The notes below the pieces were generated by a model. The model had not been told where the DNA came from, made no database searches, and was given only the letters and a program-made list of their open reading frames with translations. A program made the position numbers and the translations under genes. 64,000 bases of DNA from Acidimicrobiia bacterium UBA4744 (lineage in GTDB: Bacteria > Actinomycetota > Acidimicrobiia > Spongiisociales > UBA4744): NCBI GenBank assembly GCA_002403855.1, contig DHIO01000022.1:38-64037 (forward strand). The letters run 5' to 3'. Shown here one piece after another: positions 28,116-38,528 of the stretch. Numbering within the stretch: the first letter of the stretch is position 1; each line of letters begins with the position of its first letter.

Positions 28116-29339
28116 ATGACCGAGACCACCACCGGCCAGGACGAAACGTCGAGCGTTTCCCCACCAAGCAGCAACGGGGGCCGGTTGGTCTTTGTCGACG
28201 TGCTGCGGGTAGCGCTCATTGGCTTGGTGATCGCTCACCACGCCGGGCAGGCGTACGGCCCGACCGGCGGTAGCTGGCCGGTGGAAGACCCGGCCAACAG
28301 CGAATTGCTGGGGCCCTTCTTCTTTGTGAATGCATCCTTCTTCATGGGACTTCTGTTTCTGCTGGCCGGATACTTCGTCCCACGTTCCTATGATCGCAAG
28401 GGCCCCGGGCAATTCCTCCAGGACCGCTGGATGCGGATCGGGGTACCGCTGGTGTTCTTTGCCCTGGTAGTGCATGCGCCGATCGTCTACCTGAGCGAGT
28501 CGCCGCAGCCCTCCCTCGGCGAGTTCGTACGCTCTCTCTACGAGAGCGGATGGCAGAACCTGTACATTCACCTGTGGTTCCTCGGACACCTGCTGCTCTA
28601 TTCGGCCGGGTACGTGGTGTGGCGGCTCGTCGCCGATCGCCGGACCGACCGGCCTCGGAGAACCTGGCCGCCCCCGAACCATGCCGCCATCGTGGCGTTC
28701 GTGGTTGGGCTGGCCGTGGCGACCTGGGTGGTGCGCGGATGGTATCCGATCGACGAATGGGTGCCGCTGCTCTACGTGTTGGCCGCCGAACCCGCTCACC
28801 TTCCGCAGTATGTGAGCCTCTTCACGCTGGGGGTGTTGGCCTATCGTGGCGATTGGCTGCGCCAATGGTCGGCGAGGACGGGCATGATCTGGCTGACCAT
28901 CGGAGTGGCTGCATCGGCGGGACTCTCCGCGCTGTGGTTGCTGGCCCCCGAGGTCGACATCACGGCGGGAGGCGGGTTCAACTGGCGAGCGCTCGTGTTG
29001 AGCTCCTGGGAGGCCGTGATTTGCGCCGGCTTGTGTGTGGGGCTGATCGTCCTCTTCCGCCGGGCCTTCCGGCGGACCAATCGGTTGCTGGTGGCCATGG
29101 CGGCGGCCAGCTATGCCGCCTACATCGTCCACTGGATGATCGTCGTCGGAATCCAAGCCGGCATAGAGGGGATCGACCTGCCTGCCCTCGTCAAGTTCGG
29201 GTTGGTGACTGCCCTTGCCGTGCTCCTGGCGTTCGGTATCGGGCACCTGTCCCGACGGGTACCGGGCCTCAGGGTTGTCCTGGGCACCACCCCCAACAAA
29301 CCGGAGAAGGCGCCTGCACGTCACGACCTCTCGGCATGA
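28116..29339 (+). CDS. Acyltransferase family 3 (OpgC/OafA-like) integral membrane protein
   Basis: Ten TM helices. The N-terminal FVDVLRVALIGLVIAHHAGQAYG fits the acyltransferase_3 signature (R/H near TM1). Confidence 0.8.
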   Translation: MTETTTGQDETSSVSPPSSNGGRLVFVDVLRVALIGLVIAHHAGQAYGPTGGSWPVEDPANSELLGPFFFVNASFFMGLLFLLAGYFVPRSYDRKGPGQFLQDRWMRIGVPLVFFALVVHAPIVYLSESPQPSLGEFVRSLYESGWQNLYIHLWFLGHLLLYSAGYVVWRLVADRRTDRPRRTWPPPNHAAIVAFVVGLAVATWVVRGWYPIDEWVPLLYVLAAEPAHLPQYVSLFTLGVLAYRGDWLRQWSARTGMIWLTIGVAASAGLSALWLLAPEVDITAGGGFNWRALVLSSWEAVICAGLCVGLIVLFRRAFRRTNRLLVAMAAASYAAYIVHWMIVVGIQAGIEGIDLPALVKFGLVTALAVLLAFGIGHLSRRVPGLRVVLGTTPNKPEKAPARHDLSA

Positions 29340-29498
29340 GTCCGTATCAAAACGGCTAGGCGCGATTGTGACCCAGCTAGAGAGTCAGTGACCGGATACG
29401 GCCTCCCAAGACCGGTGATCGTCATGAGAGCCGGTTCGCCCGCGGCCTCGGGGTCGAACGTTGCACCGTAGCCACCGGTGTTGCGGACCCGGCAACGG

Positions 29499-30827
29499 TC
29501 ACGGTCGGGACGGATTTTCGCCAACCTCCTTGCCTGCAACCCACACTGCGCCGATGTCACTTGCCGTTGCCAACCGCACGACCTTCTCGAACACCCTGTC
29601 GTCGTCATCGATCTCCGGCCAAATCCGCAGCGCAGTGCCCGACACTGCAGTATCGACGACGAATGCATCAAACGATCGGCCGGCCGCGATGAGGCCGGTC
29701 GGGTGTCCGAGCAGTTCCGCCCCTCCCCGCGTGGCCATCCAGAAGGCGGCGATGGTATCGATCCGCGATCCGACCACACCCCTCGAGTTGGCATCGATGC
29801 GGGCGTCGACCCCGTCTTCCAGCATGCGAGACACCGTCACCGCCGTCGCACACTGCGACAGCAGGACCGGTTGCGAGCCTCCGGCGATATCGCTCCCCAA
29901 CCCCACCGACAACTCCGCTTCCAGTGCCCGCCGGGCGGGAAACACGGCATTGGCGAAGTAGGCATTCGACAGGGGGCAGTGGGCAACCCCCGCACCCCGT
30001 TCTCGTATCAACCTGAGATCGTCGTCGCTTGCGTGGTTGCAGTGAGCCAGCACGGTGTGCTCCCGGATCAGCCCGAACCCTTCCAATGCCGTAGCGTCTG
30101 AGACTCCGAACCGATCGAGAGCGTATTGGTGTTCCCAGTCGCTTTCGGAGCAGTGGATCTGCACAGGCACGTTCCCGGCGGCCGCCAACTCTCCGAGTCC
30201 CTCCAGCATGGCATCGGTGCAGGCCGGCGTGAACCGCGGCGTGACCACCGGCCCGACAAGCGTCGAGCCGAGGGCGGTGATCTGTCGGATCGACTCGGCA
30301 CTGGCTCGAACCCCGCTCTCGGCATCGAGGTCGCGGTACCACTCCGGGGTCCCCTCCGGATGGTCCATTGCCACCCGACCCACCAGCGCCCGCTGGCCAT
30401 GGCGTACGCAGGTCTCTGCCAGCAAGGTCGTGGCATCGAGATCGACCGTCCCGTAGTAGACGGCCGTGGTGGTCCCCTGATCGAGAAGGCCCCTCACCAG
30501 GTCATCCCAGACCGTAGCGGCGAAGCTGAGATCGGACATGCGCGCTTCGAGCGGGAACGTGTACTCGAACAACCAGCGCTCGAGGCCGAGATCGAGACCG
30601 GTTCCGAGCTGCGCCCATTGTGGAGCATGCACGTGGGTATCAACGAGGCCGGGGAAGAGGATCGACGTGTCGGGCAGCTCGAGGTCGCACCGCTCCCCCG
30701 CCCAATCACCAACCGATGAGATCAGCCCATCGGCATCGACGGCCACGACGCAGTCGCGACGGACCTCGAGATGATCAGGGGTCGGCGTCTGCATCAGCGT
30801 GCCCCGGATGGTGAATCCGCCGCTCAC
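29499..30827 (-). CDS. guaD: Guanine deaminase (amidohydrolase superfamily)
   Basis: Metal-binding motif PGLVDTHVHAPQ is present, along with HCSES, HCNH (second His cluster) and GLGSDIAGG. Length 442 aa. Confidence 0.8.
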   Translation of the reverse strand: MSGGFTIRGTLMQTPTPDHLEVRRDCVVAVDADGLISSVGDWAGERCDLELPDTSILFPGLVDTHVHAPQWAQLGTGLDLGLERWLFEYTFPLEARMSDLSFAATVWDDLVRGLLDQGTTTAVYYGTVDLDATTLLAETCVRHGQRALVGRVAMDHPEGTPEWYRDLDAESGVRASAESIRQITALGSTLVGPVVTPRFTPACTDAMLEGLGELAAAGNVPVQIHCSESDWEHQYALDRFGVSDATALEGFGLIREHTVLAHCNHASDDDLRLIRERGAGVAHCPLSNAYFANAVFPARRALEAELSVGLGSDIAGGSQPVLLSQCATAVTVSRMLEDGVDARIDANSRGVVGSRIDTIAAFWMATRGGAELLGHPTGLIAAGRSFDAFVVDTAVSGTALRIWPEIDDDDRVFEKVVRLATASDIGAVWVAGKEVGENPSRP

Positions 30828-31242
30828 AAGGCGACGCTACCCGAATGGTCGGGCAGACCGGGAAACCCGCTCCCGGTCCGGCTCGGTGTCGGTCTGCCTC
30901 TGCGTGCCAACCCGCAGGCCTCGACTACCCGGGAAAGGGTGCGCCGCCGTACGAATGCACCGGTCACGAGTCCTAGTACCGCTTCGGTCTCGTGGTCCTG
31001 GGGTCGTCGACCGCGACCGAGAGGACCGGAGAGTCGGGATCGCCCACCTTCAGCGCCTCGGCGAGGTGAGCCTCGACCTCGGCCCTTGAAAGCGCCGGTT
31101 GGGGAAGCAGGTCATCGGTGAGCTTCACAAAGATACGGGCACGATATTCCTTGCTGGGCTTGCGTTCTCCGGCCACGTCGACTCCTTGTGTCGGTGGTTG
31201 TGACGCTATCAGAGCTCGAGCACACTGGGTAAAGTCGCTCGC

Positions 31243-34200
31243 GTGGCGGGACAAATCGCACATGATGTCGTTTTCCTCTTCTCCGACATCGAATCGAGCA
31301 CCAGATTGTGGGAGCAGTACCCGGTTGAGATGAGGGCCTGGCTCGAGCGCCACGACGCCATCGTCGAGGACGCCGTCGGTTCCTCCGGGGGCCAGATCGT
31401 GAAGACGACCGGCGATGGGGTCATGGCGGCGTTCACGCCTGGGAACGCCGCCGTTCAGGCCAGTCTCGCTATTCAGCGCGGGCTCCACGCCGAAGAGTGG
31501 GGTCCAACGGAAAGCTTGAGAGTGCGGATCGGTCTCCACGTGGGCGAGGCGCAGTCTCGCGGCGCGGACTATTTCGGACCAACGGTCAACCGGACGGCCC
31601 GCCTCATGGCCGCGGCCCACGGGGGGCAAACCTTGCTGTCTGCAGCAATGGCGCGCCAGGTTGCGGATGACCTTCCGGAAGGTGTCTGTTTGCGGGACCT
31701 GGGACTTCATCGTCTTCGCGATCTAGCAGAGCCAGAGCACGCCTTCCAGTTGCTGGATCCGGATCTGCCCCAGACGTTCCCGCCCTTGGCGACTCTGGAT
31801 ATCACCCCGAACAATCTCCCCACCCAAGCGTCGGTGTTCCTCGGTAGGGAAAGGGAACTTGGAGAAATCCGGGCGCTTCTGGATCAGCCGACCAAGCGCA
31901 TGGTCACCCTGGTCGGACCGGGGGGAACGGGTAAGACACGCCTCGGCCTTCAGTCCGCCGCCGATCAGATCGATCGGTTTGGAGACGGCGTCTTCTTCGT
32001 CGACCTTTCGACAGAGACCGATCCCGAGGAGAGTTTCGCCAACATTGCCCGAACGATCGGTGTCGATCCGGCCGGGGACGAAACTGCCCTGGATACGCTC
32101 CGTGAGCGTCTCGCCGATCGCCGGATCATGCTCATTCTGGACAACCTCGAGCAAATCGACGGAATCGGCACCGGGATCACAGCTCTTCTCGAGGGGAGCG
32201 CCGGGCTGGTGGTATTGGCAACCAGCCGTCAACCGGTACGGATCCGGGGCGAACAGATCTACGTGGTCGATCCGCTGTCGTTGCCCACGGTCGGACCGGG
32301 CCGCATGAAGGCCGAGGACGTGATGGCATCCGAAGCTGCCCAGTTGTTCGCAGAGCGAGCGGCCGCAGCGATCCACGGTTTTGTGATCGAATCCGACAAT
32401 GCCGGCGACGTAGCGTCGATCTGCATTCGCCTCGACGGATTACCGCTTGCCCTCGAGCTGGCGGCTGCCCGGCTGAGGCTCTTCTCGTTGCCCGAGCTCC
32501 GCAATCGGCTCGACTCGCAAATGGATCTCCTGAAGGGAGGAGCACACGACCTTCCGTCGCGACAGCAGACACTTCGCAGCACGATTGAGTGGAGTTTCGA
32601 ACTGCTCAGCAATAGCGAGAAGGGCCTGTTGGAGATCCTGGCGGTATTCGCAGGGGCGACCTTCGATGACGTTTCATCGGTGTCTGCCACCATCGATGAA
32701 GACGGCGATGTCATCGACGACCTTACCTCCCTGGTCGACAAGAGTCTGGTAAGGACGGGACAATCCGAGTCCGGTTCGTCCAGGTATGGACTCCTGGAAA
32801 CAATCCGACAATTCAGCATCGACAGATTGAACGCCCAGGCGGAACGCCTCGCTCTCATCAAGCGATGCCACGCCGACTACTTCGCTCGTGTCGCCGATCA
32901 ACTACATGCTCAGCTCAGAACCGCTGAACGGGAGGCCGCGATCAAACGACTGCGTGACGAGCTCGAGAACCTCCAGCTGGCCTGGACCTACTGGGCTGAA
33001 GCGCAAGACGTTGAACGCCTGCACTGCTTGTTCGACCCGATGTGGATGCTCTACGACTCGGAAGGTTGGTACCACGGTTCCTTGACACTTGCCGAGGACC
33101 TATTGGCGGCGCTCGACCACCAAGCCGACTCAGCGGAACGAACCCATGAGCAGATCGCCCTACAGACGAGTCTGGCGAGGATTCGATTGTTGATCAAGGG
33201 GTACACAGAGGAGTCGGAGCGGGCGTTTCTCGACTCCCTCGAGAGTGCCGAAGCCGGCGGACAGATCCCCGACCTGTTCCCGGTTCTGAGGAGCCTGGCT
33301 TCGTTCTACACCCTGAGCGGCCAGCTGCAGAAGGCGGTAGAAACCGGGGAGAAACTGCTCAGGATCGCCGATGAAGAGCACGATCCACGTCTGTACGTCG
33401 ACGCCAACCTCGTCTACGGAGCCAACAAGGCCTTCATGAACGAGCTCGACGAAGGCCTGGAACACCTGAGCCATGCCGTGGAGAGGTTCGACCCAACGGA
33501 GATGCCGAGCGACCGCTTCAGGCTCGGCCCGCATCCGGGCATCGTGGCCTTGACGACGTCCGGCTTCCTCCTCTGGCTTCGAGGGTACCCGGAGCAAGCC
33601 GGCCGGAAGATGGAGCTCGCCCTGACCGATGCCGAGACCCTGGGGCACAGCTACTCGCGGGCGTACGCCCTCTATCACGTCGCCTACTTCAACCTGTGGA
33701 ACCAGAACATCGAGGGTGTTGGTCGCCATGCGAACGAACTGCTCGCCCTGGCCAACCAATACGACTACCAGATCTGGCGAGCGCTGGCCCTGATCCTGCT
33801 TGCGGTAGTGACGGCCCTCACGGAAGATCCGGAGAAAGGCCTCGCCGAGGTCGAGCGAGGCATCGAGGCATACCAGTCGCTGCAAGCACCGCCGGCGTTC
33901 TGGGGCCCGTTGCAGCAGATCAGAGCGACCCTGGCTGGGATGGCCGGTCGGGTCGACCGAGGGCTCGAGCTGATCGGTGAGGCAGTGGCCCTCGCCTCTG
34001 AAGCCCGGTCGGGCATGCTGACCGAAATGCTGATCACGCAAGGCGACCTACACCTGATGATCGGGCGTGAGAACGAGGCGATCGATGCCTACCACCGGAG
34101 CCTGGAGGCAGCCGTCACCTACGACACGCGCCTCGCCGAACTCAGGGCAGCAACTCGATTGGCCCGCCTCGGAGGCCCCGACGAGCTACAGAGGCTTCGC

Positions 34201-34275
34201 CGGGTCTACAACACGTTCACCGAAGGGTTCGACATCGCCGACCTGATCGCAGCCCGCGAGTTGCTCGAACCCTGA
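31243..34275 (+). CDS. Class III adenylate/guanylate cyclase fused to a STAND (NB-ARC-like AAA) NTPase and C-terminal TPR repeats
   Basis: Cyclase motifs FLFSDIESST, KTTGDGVMAAF, GLHVGEA and GPTVNRTARL are present. The NTPase carries Walker A LVGPGGTGKTRL and Walker B IMLILDNLEQ, with roughly 450 aa of TPR-like helices downstream. No LuxR HTH is present. Confidence 0.9.
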   Translation: MAGQIAHDVVFLFSDIESSTRLWEQYPVEMRAWLERHDAIVEDAVGSSGGQIVKTTGDGVMAAFTPGNAAVQASLAIQRGLHAEEWGPTESLRVRIGLHVGEAQSRGADYFGPTVNRTARLMAAAHGGQTLLSAAMARQVADDLPEGVCLRDLGLHRLRDLAEPEHAFQLLDPDLPQTFPPLATLDITPNNLPTQASVFLGRERELGEIRALLDQPTKRMVTLVGPGGTGKTRLGLQSAADQIDRFGDGVFFVDLSTETDPEESFANIARTIGVDPAGDETALDTLRERLADRRIMLILDNLEQIDGIGTGITALLEGSAGLVVLATSRQPVRIRGEQIYVVDPLSLPTVGPGRMKAEDVMASEAAQLFAERAAAAIHGFVIESDNAGDVASICIRLDGLPLALELAAARLRLFSLPELRNRLDSQMDLLKGGAHDLPSRQQTLRSTIEWSFELLSNSEKGLLEILAVFAGATFDDVSSVSATIDEDGDVIDDLTSLVDKSLVRTGQSESGSSRYGLLETIRQFSIDRLNAQAERLALIKRCHADYFARVADQLHAQLRTAEREAAIKRLRDELENLQLAWTYWAEAQDVERLHCLFDPMWMLYDSEGWYHGSLTLAEDLLAALDHQADSAERTHEQIALQTSLARIRLLIKGYTEESERAFLDSLESAEAGGQIPDLFPVLRSLASFYTLSGQLQKAVETGEKLLRIADEEHDPRLYVDANLVYGANKAFMNELDEGLEHLSHAVERFDPTEMPSDRFRLGPHPGIVALTTSGFLLWLRGYPEQAGRKMELALTDAETLGHSYSRAYALYHVAYFNLWNQNIEGVGRHANELLALANQYDYQIWRALALILLAVVTALTEDPEKGLAEVERGIEAYQSLQAPPAFWGPLQQIRATLAGMAGRVDRGLELIGEAVALASEARSGMLTEMLITQGDLHLMIGRENEAIDAYHRSLEAAVTYDTRLAELRAATRLARLGGPDELQRLRRVYNTFTEGFDIADLIAARELLEP

Positions 34276-34342
34276 AGAAGGTCCCTGGTCGAGCATGAAG
34301 CCCGCACGTAAGGTTGGTGTATGAGGTACAGCGAGCAGCGTC

Positions 34343-35020
34343 ATGTGCTTCTCGCCTGAGGCCGATATCGTCGCGGGAATCGTAGTGAGCGGCGTCGGTG
34401 TCGACGCGTTGCGTCATGTCAAAGAGACAAAGGAGTATCCGCTCGCATCGTTACCGCTGCTGTTGGGTATGCACCTCCTCGTGGAGGCATACGTCTGGTG
34501 GGGTGAGGCCGACCGAGTTCCAGAGTTTGTGGGCCAGGCTGCCGTCTGGGTCTACCTGGCCTTTGCCCTGGGTGTGCTGCCGGTGCTGGTTCCGGTGGCG
34601 ATCATGGCCGTCGAGCCGGATGGGAGACGACGCCGATTCTTGATGCCGGTCACGGCCGTCGGGGTTGGGGTGTCGGCCTTGTTTCTGGCGTCGGTGATCA
34701 CCGGACCGGTGAGTGCCGAAATCGAGGGTTGCTGTCTTTCCTACGACACCGGTCCCGGGTACACCGGTCTGCTCGGCGCTCTCTACGTGTTCGTCACCTG
34801 CATACCGATGCTGGCCTCCAGCCACCGCCCCCTCGTCGCGTTCGGAGTGGTCAATCTGATCGCCGTTGCACTCCTGGCGTGGCTGCTGGCCAGCGGATTG
34901 GCTTCGTTGTGGTGCGCCTGGGCGGCCATCACCAGCGTGCTCATTGCCGTCCACCTGCGCCGGGCCGGGATGCCCGCATCGGATCGCCGTCCGGTTGGTT
35001 CGGACACGGCAACGGGGTGA
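34343..35020 (+). CDS. Hypothetical integral membrane protein (6 TM)
   Basis: Hydrophobic helices throughout and a C-terminal basic tail. No family recognised. Confidence 0.5.
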   Translation: MCFSPEADIVAGIVVSGVGVDALRHVKETKEYPLASLPLLLGMHLLVEAYVWWGEADRVPEFVGQAAVWVYLAFALGVLPVLVPVAIMAVEPDGRRRRFLMPVTAVGVGVSALFLASVITGPVSAEIEGCCLSYDTGPGYTGLLGALYVFVTCIPMLASSHRPLVAFGVVNLIAVALLAWLLASGLASLWCAWAAITSVLIAVHLRRAGMPASDRRPVGSDTATG

Positions 35021-35256
35021 CCGGTGTCATGCCGCCGTGTACTCGGTTAACCCGGTCCTATCCCCACGATCAGCGAAGCTGTGATGCCGAACGCAGATCT
35101 GGCGGTCTGCGTACTGCCGGGGAAGGCGCGACTCGAGGCCTGAGGGCTCTTTGGTGGTCGGGCAGGCGCTCCTGTACTGCGATCAATGTAGCCTTCACAT
35201 GCCCTCGGGAGCGTAGGCTCGGATCGTCGAAACCACCACGAGGAGAGGCAGAACCG

Positions 35257-35607
35257 ATGGTCGACCAAGTGGAAGTGGGGCCGGCGTCCGAGCTGATGCC
35301 CGGGGCCGTGAAAGGAGCCGGCCGGTTTGCGGTGGGCAATGCCGACGGGCAGTTGTTTGCCGTCACCCGCCACTGCCGGCACCTCTACGCCGACCTGGCC
35401 GATGGAAGCCTCGACGAGGCCGGTTGTCTGGTTTGCCCGTGGCACGGCGCCAGGTACAACCTGCAAACCGGTCGAATGGTGCTTGGACCGCGGGGCATCT
35501 ACGCCAAGATCCCCGGCCTCGGCACCGCCCTCAAAGCCCTGACCCTGGTACTCCCGCTCGGGCGAGGCCGGGTCGTCAACCGTGACCAGACCCTCTACGT
35601 GGAGTAG
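35257..35607 (+). CDS. Rieske [2Fe-2S] domain protein (small ferredoxin-type)
   Basis: ATG 35257 is preceded by GAGGAGAGG. Box I CRHLYADL and box II CPWHGARYNL are present. Confidence 0.8.
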   Translation: MVDQVEVGPASELMPGAVKGAGRFAVGNADGQLFAVTRHCRHLYADLADGSLDEAGCLVCPWHGARYNLQTGRMVLGPRGIYAKIPGLGTALKALTLVLPLGRGRVVNRDQTLYVE

Positions 35608-35794
35608 TCGGGAGGTTCGACCGGCAGTCCTTCCAGCCGAGCGACGGCGAGCGGTCCCGGTAACCGATGGTTACAGGCCGACAACCCGCTTCCGATATCG
35701 GACGCGGCAACGGCCCGGAGGGCGCCAACTCATGCAAGGGAAAGCTTCCGTCGCGCTCTCGTGCTGCTCCGGTCGTTCTCGATGAGGCCGGCGC

Positions 35795-37837
35795 TCACTC
35801 GGTCGTGATCGCGTCGAGTGCCGGGAACAATACGTCGCGGCGGAGCCGGTCCTCCTCGGAAGGCGGACTCACGAGCGCAACCAGAAGCGTGCCATCGGTC
35901 ACCTCGATGACGGCAACCGATACTGGAGTACCCACGAGCGTGCCCTCATACAAGGACCAGGATCCGAGCGAGGATTCGTAGCCGCCCACCGGTTGGGGGT
36001 TGTCGCCCAGACCGAATTGTGATCCGATCAATCGAAGCACCGCAGCGGGCGGTGCTCCACCGGCCAGTTGTTGGATCAGCGCTGTTTGGTCGAAACCGTT
36101 CAAGGCTCTCACCCACACCCCGGGACCCTGCCGCTCCCAGTCGTCGGGGACCACTCCCGACCACGTGTTACCCACGAGCTGTTCGCTGAACGGAACCAGC
36201 GTCACCGATGGCACCAGCGTGTCGGGAGTGACGAACTCCGGCGGCCCCATCTCGGCGACGCAGGTGGTCAAGACGGTTTCACTCGGTGCTCTGAGAAACT
36301 CCCGCAGGATCGCTTTCGGGCACTCGGCCGCCGCCGACGGACCATGCCCAAGACCGGGAAACTCAACATAGGTGGCCTGTTCGATGGTCGAGGCCGCCTG
36401 AGCCCCCCACGATGGAGGCGTGATCGGGTCGTATTCGCCCGCCAGTACCAGAGTCGGTATTGCCGTGTTGACGGGCTCATTCTCGAATGGAGGGGCCTGG
36501 CCTGCGCCCCAGGTAGCACACACATCGAAGAACGCCGGACCGAGATTGGCTGAGGCGGCGAAGACGGGTTCGAGTCGGGGGTATTCGGCGAGCGCCTCCG
36601 CTACCGCACTCGGCGAGGTGAAGCCGGCCTCCTCGTGGCACTGAACCGAGAACTGCATCCCGGCGCTGATGAACTCGCCATTGGCCAGGAACGACGAGGT
36701 CAGCACCGAAAGCTCATAGGTCTCCCCGGAAGCCACGTTGTCGATCAGTTGCGGCAGCACCTGAATAGCGTCGGCGGAGTACAAAGCCTGGAACACGATG
36801 CCTTGCAGACCGGCTCCGTCGAACACGGCGTCGTAGACCTCACCCGTGAACACGTCGGTCACCGGCGCTCGCAGTGGTTGCACCTCGAGGTCTTCGACGA
36901 GCCGATAAAAGGTCGATTCCAGGTTTGGATACGCCGCCGAACACGAGGCGTCGGCAGCACAGCCGTCGAAAAGCTTGCGCAAGGCGCGATCGAGATTGGC
37001 CGGTGCCTCGGCGATGATGTCGACGTCGGGCGGGTACACCGAATCGATGACGACACTGCGAATGCCCTCCGGCCGGTCACGCATGGCGGTGAGGGCGAGG
37101 CGGGTGCCGTACGAGATGCCGTAGAGATTCCATTGGTCGACTCCGAGCGCTAGTCGGAGGTCGGCGAGGTCGGCGGCGCTGTTCGCACTGGTGTAGGCGT
37201 CGAGATCGGCACCGTCGTCCAGGAGGCGGTCACGGCAGTCGGTGATCGAGTCCAACTGAAGCTGGAGGAACTCGTCGACGGATACATCCTCCCTTTCGAT
37301 GTATTCGAATCCCAGTTTTCGAATCTCCGGGCAAGCCAGAGAGGGCTCCGAGTATCCCGTCCCGCGCTGATCAAAGAAGATCACGTCACGGTCGGCGAGG
37401 AGGTGGGAGAAGCTGTCCTCGAAGACCAAGGGAACTACTTCGAGCGAGTCGCCGCCGGGGCCGCCCTCGAGGTACACGACGGGATCAGGCGCCGGATCGG
37501 GGCTCTCGGATTCGAAGACGGCGACGTGGAGCCGGATCGTGTCGCTCGTAGGGTCGGCTCGGTCCTCGAGTACCTCCAACCAACCGCATTCGACCGACCG
37601 ATCCGGCGGCACCGTGAACTCGCAGCTTGCCGCTTCAAAAGTGGGTGCCGACGCAACTTGTGTCGTGGTGGTGGTTTCGACCGGGGTGGTCGTCGTGGCC
37701 TCGCTGTCCGGTTGACCGTTCTGATCGGAAGCGATCGAACTCGTCGTCGATTCTTCCCCGTTCTGGGTTCTGGTGCATGCCGCCCCGACGAGGGCGAGAA
37801 CGGCAATCAGTACCAGCAGCGATCTCCGGGCGGTCAT
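35795..37837 (-). CDS. Secreted alpha/beta-hydrolase lipoprotein (tripeptidyl-aminopeptidase / S33-like)
   Basis: Lipobox LALVGAAC, then a T-rich linker. Nucleophile elbow GISYGT (GxSxG) and the C-terminal TAP-like region LVLAGEYDPITP...GLGHG are present. Confidence 0.8.
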   Translation of the reverse strand: MTARRSLLVLIAVLALVGAACTRTQNGEESTTSSIASDQNGQPDSEATTTTPVETTTTTQVASAPTFEAASCEFTVPPDRSVECGWLEVLEDRADPTSDTIRLHVAVFESESPDPAPDPVVYLEGGPGGDSLEVVPLVFEDSFSHLLADRDVIFFDQRGTGYSEPSLACPEIRKLGFEYIEREDVSVDEFLQLQLDSITDCRDRLLDDGADLDAYTSANSAADLADLRLALGVDQWNLYGISYGTRLALTAMRDRPEGIRSVVIDSVYPPDVDIIAEAPANLDRALRKLFDGCAADASCSAAYPNLESTFYRLVEDLEVQPLRAPVTDVFTGEVYDAVFDGAGLQGIVFQALYSADAIQVLPQLIDNVASGETYELSVLTSSFLANGEFISAGMQFSVQCHEEAGFTSPSAVAEALAEYPRLEPVFAASANLGPAFFDVCATWGAGQAPPFENEPVNTAIPTLVLAGEYDPITPPSWGAQAASTIEQATYVEFPGLGHGPSAAAECPKAILREFLRAPSETVLTTCVAEMGPPEFVTPDTLVPSVTLVPFSEQLVGNTWSGVVPDDWERQGPGVWVRALNGFDQTALIQQLAGGAPPAAVLRLIGSQFGLGDNPQPVGGYESSLGSWSLYEGTLVGTPVSVAVIEVTDGTLLVALVSPPSEEDRLRRDVLFPALDAITTE

Positions 37838-38215
37838 ACCACCTCGAGCGTAGGTGGATTGTGGCGGCTTTGCGATCGCTCGTCAGGCTGAGAGGGAATC
37901 TCCGCCGGACCGTGTTCGTTCAGATCGATGCCTTCGGCTTCAAGCCGGGATTGCGGGAAACAATCCCCCCGGTGATGCTCGGCAACAACGTAGCGGAGAC
38001 GTACTTGGAGCTGAGGAATCCTCTGGACGTAGGACGCTTCCGGCTGGCATTCGAGAAGGCGATTGGACGATTACCTTCGACGAGGAGACCGACCGACGGC
38101 GGACCTAGGCCGCTCGAGATCGGGTGGTCTGTCCGGCTCACGAAGCGGCGGCATAGGCACCTTCGTGGCAGGGCCGGCCGGTTGCCGGAGGTTGGGTCGG
38201 TCTTCGGGTGTCCCG

Positions 38216-38407
38216 CTACTTCCTCACCCAGAAGGTGTCGCCGCAATGGGGGCACTCCAGTTCCACGGCGACCCCGGCCAACAAACCCTCTCTTCTCCTA
38301 CTCCTTCCGGTTTGGCGGTACGCAGAGACCAACACCGGCTCTCCGCAGGCGTGGCAAGGGTAGGTTCTCACCCTCCGCCACCAGTCCCGCAACCACTCCA
38401 GCATCAT
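38216..38407 (-). CDS. Zinc-ribbon protein (CxxC...CPHC), copy 2 of 2
   Basis: MMLEWLRDWWRRVRTYPCHACGEPVLVSAYRQTGRSRRREGLLAGVAVELECPHCGDTFWVRK. The ORF-track 48-aa N-terminal extension is probably not translated, because paralog 1 starts at MMLEWL. Confidence 0.6.
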   Translation of the reverse strand: MMLEWLRDWWRRVRTYPCHACGEPVLVSAYRQTGRSRRREGLLAGVAVELECPHCGDTFWVRK

Positions 38408-38528
38408 CCCAAGGTACGACCCGGTACGGCCCCGGTCAATCCTGCTTGTGCGTGACGGGTCGCGCAGGGACCAACGCTGATTCTTCTGCCGGGCGGCAAG
38501 GGATCGCCGCAAGCGTTCGGGCAGAACC

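Noticed and set aside
30973-31710. 245-aa minus-strand ORF overlapping the start of the cyclase gene
   Set aside because: Most of it is antisense to the strongly supported cyclase N-terminus. Only the last roughly 50 codons (VKLTDDLLPQ...TTRPKRY, 30973 to about 31125) lie in intergenic DNA and could be a small gene. There is no family match, so it was not called.
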